64,000 bases of DNA from Staphylococcus phage vB_StaM_PB50. The stretch lies in sequence record OR770614.1; one strand, written 5' to 3'. Of this stretch, positions 42,224 to 51,375 are shown piece after piece. The notes below the pieces were generated by a model. The model had not been told where the DNA came from and ran no database searches. It saw only the letters and a program-made list of their open reading frames with translations. Both the position numbers and the translations under genes were made by a program. Numbering within the stretch: position 1 is the stretch's first letter; every line of letters begins with the position of its first letter.

Positions 42224-42278
42224 TTTATTAGAAAGATATATGATAATATCTTTCTTCATTATTATAATATATACTTAA
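42224..42278 (-). promoter_or_regulatory. early-type promoter motif + leader hairpin
   Basis: Minus strand AAGTATATATTATAATAATGAAGAAAGATA..TATCTTTCT then AATTAATGGAGG RBS. Confidence 0.4.
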
Positions 42279-42281
42279 TCT

Positions 42282-42587
42282 TTATTTTGTTTCAAATTTC
42301 TCAATGCCTTTTTCTTCAATAACTACATCTGCATTTAATACTTGTAAACGTTTACCGTCTACATTAATAACAATGTAACTACCACCTGCTTCATCACTAT
42401 ATTTAGTTCTGATTTTCTTTCCTTCATATTGATGTAATACTTTACCATCTTTACTATATATAGTTACTTTTCTTTCTAGACCTGATGTATCTGATTTATG
42501 ATCTTTAGTAGCATCATCAAACCATGTACAACCTGCTAGTACTGTTGTTAATACTATAACTCCAAATAACATTAATAACTTTTTCAT
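42282..42587 (-). CDS. lipoprotein
   Basis: MKKLLMLFGVIVLTTVLAGC lipobox signal peptide. Confidence 0.5.
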   Translation of the reverse strand: MKKLLMLFGVIVLTTVLAGCTWFDDATKDHKSDTSGLERKVTIYSKDGKVLHQYEGKKIRTKYSDEAGGSYIVINVDGKRLQVLNADVVIEEKGIEKFETK

Positions 42588-42604
42588 AATTTATTTTCTC
42601 CATT

Positions 42605-43090
42605 CTATTCTAAATAGTATATTCCTTCACTAATATCAATTCCATGCTTTTTCAAATCAGAAGATTTAACTAAATTATTTTTACATATTAGTTGTCCATC
42701 AAACCTATTTGTAATAATACCTTTATTATTTACTTTTTTACCAATTGCATGATCTGAAATTCTAATAAATTTAAAATTATTGTTTTTTACATATATCGAT
42801 ATAGATCTTTTATTACTAGAAAAATTAACTATATAACCACTTCTAGCTAATTCATTTGTTAAACTTCCTTTTACATTACCTAATTCTAAAATAACTTCAT
42901 TTGTTTTAGAATTAATAAATTTCTTTCTAATATCTTCCCCTAACATCACATGGTCATTAATCTCTTTCACTATAGGCATTGTATTAAAGTTATTCTTCTG
43001 TGAGTAGTCTAGAAGAAAGAATAATAAATCTTCAATTCCTTCTTCTGTGACTGGAAAGACCTCCTTATTTTTATTCTCCAAATATTTCAT
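42605..43090 (-). CDS. hypothetical protein
   Basis: 161 aa ORF. Confidence 0.35.
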   Translation of the reverse strand: MKYLENKNKEVFPVTEEGIEDLLFFLLDYSQKNNFNTMPIVKEINDHVMLGEDIRKKFINSKTNEVILELGNVKGSLTNELARSGYIVNFSSNKRSISIYVKNNNFKFIRISDHAIGKKVNNKGIITNRFDGQLICKNNLVKSSDLKKHGIDISEGIYYLE

Positions 43091-43116
43091 CCGTTTAATC
43101 TCCTTTAATATATTAT

Positions 43117-43449
43117 TTATACAAAACTATTTAATTCCTTCATATGATAACTTCCTAATTCTAATTTAAGATGAAAGTTCTCTATCATTTTACAATTTAA
43201 ACCATATTCTTCTAATAATTCTACATTAATAGTTTCTTCATTAATTTCCAATATCTCTTTTAATGTAAATATATCTGAAGATACTACTGTTAGAGAATCC
43301 GCTAAATTATCAAGATCTTTTTCTCTAGAATCATCTATATTATAGAAGAAACTTTCTTCCATCAAATGCTTGCAATTAGATATAACAATTAAGTCTCCTA
43401 CAATTTTATCATAAACTCTATCTAAAACTTTTTTACTATCTTTTAACAT
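43117..43449 (-). CDS. hypothetical protein
   Basis: Track ORF 43117-43500; start moved to MLKDSKK (AGGAGTGG RBS) because upstream part is the promoter/hairpin element. Confidence 0.35.
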   Translation of the reverse strand: MLKDSKKVLDRVYDKIVGDLIVISNCKHLMEESFFYNIDDSREKDLDNLADSLTVVSSDIFTLKEILEINEETINVELLEEYGLNCKMIENFHLKLELGSYHMKELNSFV

Positions 43450-43451
43450 TA

Positions 43452-43530
43452 TCCATTCCACTCCTATTATTTTAATTGGTATGAAGTTTATCAACTTCAT
43501 TTATATAATATATACTTATAATTAATTTAA
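43452..43530 (-). promoter_or_regulatory. early-type promoter motif + leader hairpin
   Basis: Minus strand AAGTATATATTATATAAATGAAGTTGATAAACTTCAT then AGGAGTGG RBS. Confidence 0.4.
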
Positions 43531-43992
43531 ATATATATTTTTATTGTAATTATCCTTACCTAATTTATTACTTACATTAATATCAAATATTAAATTTCCA
43601 GTTACAGATTTATCTTTATTATTAATACTTTTTACTAACAACATTGTAATTGAATTATTGTAAGTTAAAGTTTCTATAGTTGTATATATTTTAGTATCTT
43701 TACTTATATCATCCTTTTTAATATTTCTTACTAATTTTAAATCTCCATTGTCTATTATAGTACCTACTTCTGTATCTAATATTTCAATAATACAATTAAC
43801 AAAATCTTCTGCTTTATGAAACAGATCGTGTTTTTCATTAAGAATATAAGTTCTATTTGGTTTAACTTCAGCTTCTTTATTAATTGTATTTAATGATTTA
43901 TATATGAAGTTATTAATATAATTTTGTGTAACTTCAACTGGCAATTTTAAATTATTATTTATTAATTTGTCTATATTCTTTTTATTCTTCAT
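43522..43992 (-). CDS. hypothetical protein
   Basis: 156 aa ORF. Confidence 0.35.
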   Translation of the reverse strand: MKNKKNIDKLINNNLKLPVEVTQNYINNFIYKSLNTINKEAEVKPNRTYILNEKHDLFHKAEDFVNCIIEILDTEVGTIIDNGDLKLVRNIKKDDISKDTKIYTTIETLTYNNSITMLLVKSINNKDKSVTGNLIFDINVSNKLGKDNYNKNIYLN

Positions 43993-44444
43993 TATCTAAA
44001 ATTATCCTTTACTAAATTATTTTTATACTCTTTCTCTGTTATATCTTTTAAATTAAAATCCATTGAATTATGATACCCTTCACTGAGATTATTTTTAATA
44101 ATTAATAGTACTTTGTCTATTATTTTTATTAATCCTTCTTCATCTTCTGGAATAAGTATTGTATCATCATAATGTTGATCATATTCAAATTCATCTTTTA
44201 ATTTACTTAAAATTAAATTATTATCATCTTTAACTATTAAACCATCATCTTCTTCACTATAAAAGAAAAATATAGTACTTTCAGATAAATTTTCGATATC
44301 AAAAGATATTTCACTGTGTAAAGTTAATCCAAAACTATTCACCTTAAATATCTCACTTCTTATTAATTCATCAAAGACTATTTCTTTATTTTTGCCTTGA
44401 AAATAACATTCTTTTCCTCTTAAAATTGTTTTAAAGTATTTCAT
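43992..44444 (-). CDS. hypothetical protein, C-terminal-motif family
   Basis: 150 aa; C-terminus EKEYKNNLVKDNFR. Confidence 0.4.
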   Translation of the reverse strand: MKYFKTILRGKECYFQGKNKEIVFDELIRSEIFKVNSFGLTLHSEISFDIENLSESTIFFFYSEEDDGLIVKDDNNLILSKLKDEFEYDQHYDDTILIPEDEEGLIKIIDKVLLIIKNNLSEGYHNSMDFNLKDITEKEYKNNLVKDNFR

Positions 44445-44460
44445 GTTAAGATCTCCTTAT

Positions 44461-44925
44461 TTAAATTTTATCTAATACATTAGCTAGATATTCATTATGA
44501 TTGAGTTCAATTCTGTTTTCTTCAGGAACTTTATTCTCTATATCATCTATAAAACTATCAAACATATTATCAAGAAGTTCAATGAATTTACTATCTGAAC
44601 CTCTTTCTTTATATCTATTTAGATAAATTTCTTTATCTGAACGTTTAGGATAAGCTACAACAAATTCTAAATTATTATCAATCAACTCTTGGATAACCTC
44701 TTTGTGTGTAGATACAAAAATGTAATCCATCACATTCTTATAATAAAGGTCTTTAATATAACGAATATAATTCTTTGGAAATCTAGGATCTCTAATCTTT
44801 TCCCCATCTTTTACTAACCATGAAAAGCTAGTTGAATCCGAATCAGATGTTTTTAAGAATGTGATATTGTTTTTAATATAAGATTTACCTGTACCTGGAA
44901 ATGCTGCGATTATTTTAGTGTTCAT
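44461..44925 (-). CDS. small P-loop NTPase / nucleotide kinase-like protein
   Basis: N-terminal AAFPGTGKSY Walker A; 154 aa, size typical of (d)NMP kinases. Confidence 0.4.
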   Translation of the reverse strand: MNTKIIAAFPGTGKSYIKNNITFLKTSDSDSTSFSWLVKDGEKIRDPRFPKNYIRYIKDLYYKNVMDYIFVSTHKEVIQELIDNNLEFVVAYPKRSDKEIYLNRYKERGSDSKFIELLDNMFDSFIDDIENKVPEENRIELNHNEYLANVLDKI

Positions 44926-45538
44926 TTTTATTTTCTCCTTTAGTGTTTAAATTGTAGTAATCTTGAAACTCTTCTATTTCTTTAATCATTTCATTTGATT
45001 TTTCTATCTTGAGTTTATTCTCTTTATATCTTAAGAATTCGATATATGTCAAAAGACGATTACTCTCAATATTATTTTTCCAGTGATTTTTATATTTCCT
45101 TTCATGACTTTCTATAACTCCTTTTATAAATGGAGGCATATATAGTCCGTCTAGATTATAAAGTATATTACTATCTTCACTAAGAGTACCGTCATTTTTC
45201 ATAACATCCATTAACTCTTTGAAGTATGGATCTTTACTATTTAATATTATATACCATGCAGAATAATATTTTCCTTTATACTTATATGATTTATTTAAAT
45301 GTTGATACTCTTCCATTATTCTTGAATTAAAATATTTTTTACCTATAATTATAGAAGAAATTATTATTGGAACTAATACAAATAAAGATAGTAATGCTAA
45401 TTTAGAGCTAACTCCTAGTAATGAAAAGAATAATAATACTGATCCAAGCATCATTATCATTTTAATTATAAAAGGTATCATTGCATCATAACCTGTTTTA
45501 TAAAGATACCAGTCAAATATATTTACTTTATTTTTCAT
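44915..45538 (-). CDS. membrane protein
   Basis: 207 aa, two N-terminal TM helices; 11-nt overlap with upstream kinase-like gene. Confidence 0.35.
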   Translation of the reverse strand: MKNKVNIFDWYLYKTGYDAMIPFIIKMIMMLGSVLLFFSLLGVSSKLALLSLFVLVPIIISSIIIGKKYFNSRIMEEYQHLNKSYKYKGKYYSAWYIILNSKDPYFKELMDVMKNDGTLSEDSNILYNLDGLYMPPFIKGVIESHERKYKNHWKNNIESNRLLTYIEFLRYKENKLKIEKSNEMIKEIEEFQDYYNLNTKGENKNEH

Positions 45539-45544
45539 AATTTA

Positions 45545-45739
45545 TCACTTCTCTTTCTTCCTTCTATAAAATGTTCTTCCGTACATATTTTCATAATAAT
45601 CAATAATATCAGTAATACACTGTCTACTAACATTAAATCTTTCAGCAAATTGATCTAATGTTTTCCAATTATTATGAATTATATATTGCATTACTTCTTT
45701 ACGTTCTTTAGGTGTTAATTTATAGTTTCTTCCAGCCAT
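45545..45739 (-). CDS. small HTH DNA-binding protein (sigma region-4-like)
   Basis: 64 aa; TLDQFAERFNVSRQCITDII helix-turn-helix pattern. Confidence 0.35.
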   Translation of the reverse strand: MAGRNYKLTPKERKEVMQYIIHNNWKTLDQFAERFNVSRQCITDIIDYYENMYGRTFYRRKKEK

Positions 45740-45750
45740 AACTATCTCCT

Positions 45751-46248
45751 TTAATAAGCAATATATAATTTCTTAGCTTGTTTATTACTAATATTGTATT
45801 TATCTTGTAATTCTTTAACTTTATCCATAAGTAAATTAGCATACTCCATATCAATATCATGTCCATTTTTATTCATCTTTTTAAAGTATTCAAATTCAAT
45901 AATAGATTTAATAATCTCACATGCTCTTTCATCATCCGATTTTTTAATCATGAAATTATAAATCATTTCTTGAACTACTTCATTTAAAGTATATTCGATA
46001 TTTTTATCATCTACTATAAAAGTCATTTTAATTTTGTAATCAGGATCATAGAAAACCTCTAAATTAGTAAAATGTGCTACACTCATATCAAATAACCATG
46101 ATGATAATAGATTATCTTTTAGATATCTTAAATTTAATAATAAGTCATTTTTAAACATTTTTGTAATCTCCATTTCTAAGTATTTTGTTTTTAGTAATTC
46201 ATTATTAATAATATCTTGATTAATTTCAATATTTTTATTTTTTAACAT
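45751..46248 (-). CDS. hypothetical protein
   Basis: 165 aa ORF. Confidence 0.35.
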   Translation of the reverse strand: MLKNKNIEINQDIINNELLKTKYLEMEITKMFKNDLLLNLRYLKDNLLSSWLFDMSVAHFTNLEVFYDPDYKIKMTFIVDDKNIEYTLNEVVQEMIYNFMIKKSDDERACEIIKSIIEFEYFKKMNKNGHDIDMEYANLLMDKVKELQDKYNISNKQAKKLYIAY

Positions 46249-46270
46249 ATCCGTTTCAGCTCCCTATTTA

Positions 46271-46492
46271 TTATATTGATAAAAATGTTATTGTTAATAT
46301 GACTTCTCCAATTGCAATTATCATAGCTAATAATACCATTGTCATTAATTCTTTTTTCATTCCAATAAAACCTATTATAAAAGCAATTAATAATAAAGAA
46401 AATAAAAATATCGTCTCAAACATATCCAATTCAACTCCTATTAATTTAATTAAAATAATCCCAATGAGAATATTTATCTCATTGGGATTCAT
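46271..46492 (-). CDS. small membrane protein
   Basis: 73 aa, two hydrophobic helices. Confidence 0.3.
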   Translation of the reverse strand: MNPNEINILIGIILIKLIGVELDMFETIFLFSLLLIAFIIGFIGMKKELMTMVLLAMIIAIGEVILTITFLSI

Positions 46493-46494
46493 TA

Positions 46495-47019
46495 TTATAA
46501 TTCTTTGTATTTATTATATAACTCAGATAATTCTTTATCTTCATATTTAGAAATTTTATCTTCAATATCTTTTTCAGATTCTAATTTCTGCATTCTTAAT
46601 TTCATTAACTTTTCTAATTTTTCTTTTTCTTTCTTCTTATCTAGATTTTTAAAATGTTCAAAAATATCTCTACCAATAAAACTTATGATTTCTTTATATT
46701 CATGAACTTCATCTTCTTCGTCAGTTCTATATTCTAAATCATCTAAATCTTTTACATATTCAGATCTAATGAATTCATCTTCCGACATGATAGATTCAAC
46801 TCTAATTGGTTTAATACTAACCGCAAAATCTTCTAATGTTTCAGAAGTGCTGTAATTTGCAGTAGTTACTAAAGCATAATCTCTATCAAAAGATCCAATA
46901 TTTTCTATAAGTTCTGGAGTTACTAATTTTTCTGGTACTTTATAAATATAGTCATTTCCTTTAAATTCTCTATTGCTAGCAAATTTACCAATTAAATAAT
47001 ATTTCATTTTTATTTCCAC
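46495..47019 (-). CDS. hypothetical protein
   Basis: 174 aa ORF; promoter/hairpin element upstream. Confidence 0.4.
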   Translation of the reverse strand: MEIKMKYYLIGKFASNREFKGNDYIYKVPEKLVTPELIENIGSFDRDYALVTTANYSTSETLEDFAVSIKPIRVESIMSEDEFIRSEYVKDLDDLEYRTDEEDEVHEYKEIISFIGRDIFEHFKNLDKKKEKEKLEKLMKLRMQKLESEKDIEDKISKYEDKELSELYNKYKEL

Positions 47020-47032
47020 CTTTTATTTTATT

Positions 47033-47083
47033 TTGAGTAATATTAATTAATATTACTCATTTTTATAATATATATTTAAATTT
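47033..47083 (-). promoter_or_regulatory. early-type promoter motif + leader hairpin
   Basis: Minus strand ATTTAAATATATATTATAAAAATGAGTAATATTAATTAATATTACTC. Confidence 0.4.
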
Positions 47084-47747
47084 GAGATAATAAAAAGTAT
47101 ATAGTTAATAATCCCATTATAATATGAAAATAGAATAATTTTTTATTTATTCTTTCTTCATATACTTTAAATATTATACTGTCTAAATACTTTTCTAAGT
47201 CCTTATTATCTTTAAAGTTTTTTATAAGTTCTTCAAATTTAATTATATTTCCATCTTTATCTTTCATTTCTAAATTACTAAATACATATTTCTTATTTTC
47301 AAAACTTAAATTTCCACCACCTTCTTTTATTAATTCATATTGAAATAATTTATGTTTTATCATAGGTATTAGACTCATTATAATTATAATGAATATACTC
47401 ATATAAATATCATTGGTTATTCCGTAATTTGTGTTTATTATAAATAAAGAATAAAATATTACTGTATATAAAACTACATCATAACTTTTTAAAATTTTTC
47501 TTATAACTATATTTATCATAAGTATTATAAAGAAATAATATACAATATATGACTTAGCTACTTCATGGTTAAATATAAGTGAAACTATTGGAAATACTGA
47601 ACTTGATAATGTTAACACAGTTGGGAAAAATTTCCTATCTAATTTTTCTTTATATGATGTTGTAAGAATTTTAAATAAAGAAAAATAAGTAATATATACC
47701 ATTATTACAGTTAAAATTGTTACTATAATTTCTTCCACTTTATACAC
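47076..47747 (-). CDS. polytopic membrane protein
   Basis: 223 aa with ~5 hydrophobic helices. Confidence 0.4.
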   Translation of the reverse strand: MYKVEEIIVTILTVIMVYITYFSLFKILTTSYKEKLDRKFFPTVLTLSSSVFPIVSLIFNHEVAKSYIVYYFFIILMINIVIRKILKSYDVVLYTVIFYSLFIINTNYGITNDIYMSIFIIIIMSLIPMIKHKLFQYELIKEGGGNLSFENKKYVFSNLEMKDKDGNIIKFEELIKNFKDNKDLEKYLDSIIFKVYEERINKKLFYFHIIMGLLTIYFLLSQI

Positions 47748-47813
47748 TTCTTTCTTATAAAAAAATAATTAATGAAGATCATGGATCTATGAAAAGATCC
47801 ATGATCTAATAAT

Positions 47814-48056
47814 TTAAATACCTTTTGTTATCTTGAGAAATAAGTCTAAATCATCATTGTATTCATCCATAATAACTACTTTAGTTAATTCGCTATGATG
47901 ATTTTTATACACTTCAATTTCATCAAATTCATTTAATTTAATAAATTTAGGTCCTGATGGTACATGTATAATGAAACTGTCATATACGTTAGTTAGTCCT
48001 AAATTTGAAATAAATCTATTAAATATTTCTTCTTTTTTAGTTATTGTTTTAATCAT
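47814..48056 (-). CDS. hypothetical protein
   Basis: 80 aa ORF. Confidence 0.3.
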   Translation of the reverse strand: MIKTITKKEEIFNRFISNLGLTNVYDSFIIHVPSGPKFIKLNEFDEIEVYKNHHSELTKVVIMDEYNDDLDLFLKITKGI

Positions 48057-48084
48057 TTTTTTTTTCTCCTTTATAATTTATATA

Positions 48085-48513
48085 TTATTCTTCAAATAAT
48101 TCTGGATCTGTTTCTGGAGTGATTTCTCTTGAAGTACTTCCTGGTTCACCTGGTGATTTAACTTCACCTTCTGCATCTAACTCTTCTTCACGGCCATTCG
48201 CTGAATATACTGATTCTTCTGTTGTTTCATTTTGTTGAACTTCATTACCAGTGTCTGCATTATTATTTTCTTCTACATTGTTATTTTTAGTTTGTTGATC
48301 ATTTTCATTTGTAGCTTGTTGTTGAGATTCTGTATTTTGATGTTGTTCTTTTTCTTTCTTATTCTCTTTTTCCTTTTTAACTTCTTTTTGCTCAGTTTGT
48401 AATTTTTGTTTTTCTAATTGTAAATCCTTATAACTTGTGTATGCAAATAAAGCTCCTACGAATAATACTGCTACTACCACAATTGCACCTAAACTTATTA
48501 ATAGTTTTTTCAT
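48085..48513 (-). CDS. N-terminally membrane-anchored Q/E/N-rich protein, paralog 3
   Basis: MKKLLISLGAIVVVAVLFVGALFAYTSYKDLQ anchor then low-complexity acidic region. Confidence 0.45.
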   Translation of the reverse strand: MKKLLISLGAIVVVAVLFVGALFAYTSYKDLQLEKQKLQTEQKEVKKEKENKKEKEQHQNTESQQQATNENDQQTKNNNVEENNNADTGNEVQQNETTEESVYSANGREEELDAEGEVKSPGEPGSTSREITPETDPELFEE

Positions 48514-48541
48514 AATAATTTTCCTCTTTTCTAATTTATTT

Positions 48542-49015
48542 TTAGTTTGCCCACTCTTTAATAATATCTGGATTATTGTTTACTTCTTCTCTGATACTAT
48601 CTACATATTCATTACCTCGTTGTGCTTCTACTTTTCCTTCAGTAATAGCTCTGTCGTTTTCATCCATGTAAGTCATATAGTATTCCATTAATTCTTCGTC
48701 ACTCATAGTACCAATATCTGTATTAACTTCATTACTAGTGTCTACATTATTATTTTCTTTTTGACTTGGTGCTTCTTCTTGACTTGGTGCTTCTTCTTGA
48801 ACTGCTTGTTCTTGATCGTTATTTGTTTGTGTGTTACTTACCGTTTCTTGATTTTTATCTTCTTCAGAATCTTTTTGATTATTTTCTTGAGATACTTTAT
48901 TTTGCTCTTCTTGAGTTTCATTTAGATCTTTATATACTGAATAACCAAATAATACTGTTACTCCCAATACTGATAATAATACTAATACACCTAATATACC
49001 TAATAATTTTTTCAT
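48542..49015 (-). CDS. N-terminally membrane-anchored Q/E/N-rich protein, paralog 2
   Basis: MKKLLGILGVLVLLSVLGVTVLFGYSVYKDL anchor; shares N-terminus with neighbours. Confidence 0.45.
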   Translation of the reverse strand: MKKLLGILGVLVLLSVLGVTVLFGYSVYKDLNETQEEQNKVSQENNQKDSEEDKNQETVSNTQTNNDQEQAVQEEAPSQEEAPSQKENNNVDTSNEVNTDIGTMSDEELMEYYMTYMDENDRAITEGKVEAQRGNEYVDSIREEVNNNPDIIKEWAN

Positions 49016-49062
49016 AATAAATTCTCCTTTAATATTTTATTTATTCTATTCAATTATATCAA

Positions 49063-49653
49063 TTACATACCTTCGCCTGGTTCTGGAATTTCACCTCTTG
49101 ATGCTTTCTCATACATCTCTTTTTGCTTTTCATATTCTGCATCCATATCTTCTTCTTCAGAACCACTATGTTTTTCTTCTTCGCTCAATTCATATTTTTT
49201 ATGAAGTTCAGGATTCGCCATTTCAGGTGAAACTGGTTGGAATTTACCTTCTTCAGCTAATCTATTTAGCTCTGGTGTCATTTCATCTGTTGTGGCAATT
49301 CCATCTCCATTCTTATCAGCCTTAATAATTTCTTCTTTTATGCTTTGAGGATCATCTGCTTTTGGTTGGTCACTGTTATCAACTTCTTGAGTATTTTCAA
49401 CATTACTATTAACTTCTGTTGAATCTGAACTTTGTTCTGTTTCTAAAGATTGATTCTCTTCGTTGTTTACTTCTTTGTTATTTTCTTCGTTGTTATTTTT
49501 ATTAGGTTTTTCTTTAACTTCTTGTTTTTGTTCTGTCTTCAGTTCTTTATCATTACTTTTTATATTCTTATATTGACTGTATCCAAATAAAACTGTTACA
49601 CCTAATACCGCTAATAATACTATTACACCTAATACACCTAAAATTTTTTTCAT
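49063..49653 (-). CDS. N-terminally membrane-anchored Q/E/N-rich protein, paralog 1
   Basis: MKKILGVLGVIVLLAVLGVTVLFGYSQYKNI anchor; acidic low-complexity body. Confidence 0.45.
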   Translation of the reverse strand: MKKILGVLGVIVLLAVLGVTVLFGYSQYKNIKSNDKELKTEQKQEVKEKPNKNNNEENNKEVNNEENQSLETEQSSDSTEVNSNVENTQEVDNSDQPKADDPQSIKEEIIKADKNGDGIATTDEMTPELNRLAEEGKFQPVSPEMANPELHKKYELSEEEKHSGSEEEDMDAEYEKQKEMYEKASRGEIPEPGEGM

Positions 49654-49730
49654 AATAATTTCTCCTTTAATTTTAATAGTGAGTTAATCACTCTATAAGC
49701 TATCTACCTTAATAGATAGCCTAACAATGA

Positions 49731-50012
49731 TCAGAATACGTCAACGTCAAAGCCTTCAAAGAATTCAAAGACTTCTTCCTGCTTTCTTCCGTCTGCTCCT
49801 GCCATGTGGAACAGGAGACCGAAGTTGTTCTCCTCATCGTGAAACTGTCTCTCGATGGCTTCAGTTAGGTCAAACACATCTTGAGATAGAGCAAGATCCA
49901 GACCCTCTTTGTCTTTAGCTACCACCTCTAGAACTGTCACTCCATTTATTTGAGGTTGGAATCCTCTTGTTGTTTTAATAATTTTAATTGTATCTGTCAT
50001 TTTGTCGTCCAC
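49731..50012 (-). CDS. small acidic protein encoded in a GC-rich island
   Basis: 93 aa; RBS AAAGGTGG; local GC ~43% versus ~25% surroundings; overlapping plus-strand ORF is Arg-rich antisense artefact. Confidence 0.45.
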   Translation of the reverse strand: MDDKMTDTIKIIKTTRGFQPQINGVTVLEVVAKDKEGLDLALSQDVFDLTEAIERQFHDEENNFGLLFHMAGADGRKQEEVFEFFEGFDVDVF

Positions 50013-50029
50013 CTTTATTTTTAATATGT

Positions 50030-50055
50030 AGAGTGGATCATAGAAAATAATCCAC
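50030..50055 (-). promoter_or_regulatory. TTTTCTATGATCCA motif copy 1 within palindrome
   Basis: Minus strand GAGTGGATTATTTTCTATGATCCACTC 18-43 nt upstream of ATG 50012. Confidence 0.4.
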
Positions 50056-50206
50056 TCTTTTAAATCTATTTATCTTCATTGTTATTATTGAAGACTTCTT
50101 TCATAAATTTGAAACATCCTGTTGCTTTCATGAATACAAGCAACACGATGATTGTAATAAAGTTTGCGATTAACATATCCGATACACCTCCTTATAGTTT
50201 AATTGA

Positions 50207-50404
50207 TTATTTCCAAAAATTTCCTTTCCTAATTTCTCCTACTGTATAATTAATTAATAATGATACAGCTGATAATACTAATCCAAGTGCTAAAGATTTT
50301 CCTTCTACGTATCCAATCATTTCTCCTATGATAAAACCAATTATAAAAGTAAACCAAAATAATATCCATGGCTTTATTTTCAATAATCTTTTTTCTTCAT
50401 TCAT
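50207..50404 (-). CDS. small 2-TM membrane protein (paralog of next)
   Basis: 65 aa; shares ...LINYTVGEIRK motif with 50404-50661 (AINYAIGDERK). Confidence 0.4.
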   Translation of the reverse strand: MNEEKRLLKIKPWILFWFTFIIGFIIGEMIGYVEGKSLALGLVLSAVSLLINYTVGEIRKGNFWK

Positions 50405-50661
50405 TATCTAAATACATCTCCTTTCTCACTATTTATTCTAATATAGTATACTTTATTACTTTTACTTTCTTGTATTTTAGATTTTCTTTCATCTCCAATT
50501 GCATAATTAATTGCTATAGCAATTAATGGTGTTAACATAGAAATTGTAGCTCCTACAAAGAAATCATTTGACATTAAACCAATAGTTGATCCTAATGTCA
50601 TACCTAAAACTAATGCCCATTCAGTTCTTAATCTTAAAATTTTCATAATAAAATCCTCCAT
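50404..50661 (-). CDS. small 2-TM membrane protein
   Basis: 85 aa, two hydrophobic helices. Confidence 0.4.
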   Translation of the reverse strand: MEDFIMKILRLRTEWALVLGMTLGSTIGLMSNDFFVGATISMLTPLIAIAINYAIGDERKSKIQESKSNKVYYIRINSEKGDVFR

Positions 50662-50666
50662 TTATA

Positions 50667-50972
50667 TTATTGAATTACTAATAAATCGTCTTTCCATAGA
50701 TTATGCTCTTCTTTACTTTGGAAAGATTGATGTAATCTTCCAGCTTTCGCATAATCACTGTTAACTTTATATTCCTTAATTTTATTCTTTTTGACATTTC
50801 TTAAATATCTTTCTGATCTAATGTCAAATTTTAATTTCTCTATTTGTTTCATTAAATCTAATTTCCTTTCAAATTGTTTATTTGAAATTGGTTTATCTCC
50901 GAATCTAATTTCTTTTTCTAATATTGCTTGTAATTCTTGTTTCAATTGTTTGATTTTTTCTTCTCTGACCAT
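50667..50972 (-). CDS. coiled-coil protein with KAGRLH...EEH C-terminal motif, cassette copy A
   Basis: Track ORF 50667-50990; start at MVREEKIK preferred (GGGGAGTG RBS); paralog of 52301-52609. Confidence 0.4.
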   Translation of the reverse strand: MVREEKIKQLKQELQAILEKEIRFGDKPISNKQFERKLDLMKQIEKLKFDIRSERYLRNVKKNKIKEYKVNSDYAKAGRLHQSFQSKEEHNLWKDDLLVIQ

Positions 50973-50977
50973 TTTAA

Positions 50978-51148
50978 TTACACTCCCCATTTTCTTAATC
51001 CGAAAGCTGAATTATCAAAGCTATCTAGTATAGATTCTATTTCTTTATACGTTTGTTCAGATGGGTATCTTGCTCCATCTGAATAATTGTTTAGCAATTC
51101 CTCTTCGTTAATTTCCATAAATTCAATTTCATTTAATAAGTCTAACAT
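50978..51148 (-). CDS. small acidic protein (56 aa)
   Basis: MLDLLNEIEFMEINEEELLNNYSDGARYPSEQTYKEIESILDSFDNSAFGLRKWGV; AAAAGGATG RBS; first ORF after conserved motif; below track length cut-off. Confidence 0.35.
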   Translation of the reverse strand: MLDLLNEIEFMEINEEELLNNYSDGARYPSEQTYKEIESILDSFDNSAFGLRKWGV

Positions 51149-51175
51149 AATAAATCATCCTTTTCTTTTTAGTTT

Positions 51176-51240
51176 TTTGTTGGATCATAGAAAATTATAG
51201 ACCTAATGAACTTGATCCATGTCCATTAGGTCTCTTTAAA
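51176..51240 (-). promoter_or_regulatory. hairpin + TTTTCTATGATCCAACAA motif, copy 2
   Basis: Minus strand GACCTAATGGAC..GTTCATTAGGTC hairpin then TATAATTTTCTATGATCCAACAA. Confidence 0.4.
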
Positions 51241-51375
51241 ACAGTATCTTTTTCAACTCCTTATAATTTCTTAATTAATTTTCTTTCAAATAGAATAGTT
51301 TTAAGACTAATTCTATAAGAAGATTTTTCATTCTGTTTATTAATGATAGTGATTTTCATAATGTTTCCTCCTTTT

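Noticed and set aside
49727-49918. 63-aa Arg-rich plus-strand ORF in the GC-rich island
   Set aside because: Antisense frame of the better-supported 93-aa minus gene; arginine richness is typical of the reverse frame of GC-rich coding DNA.
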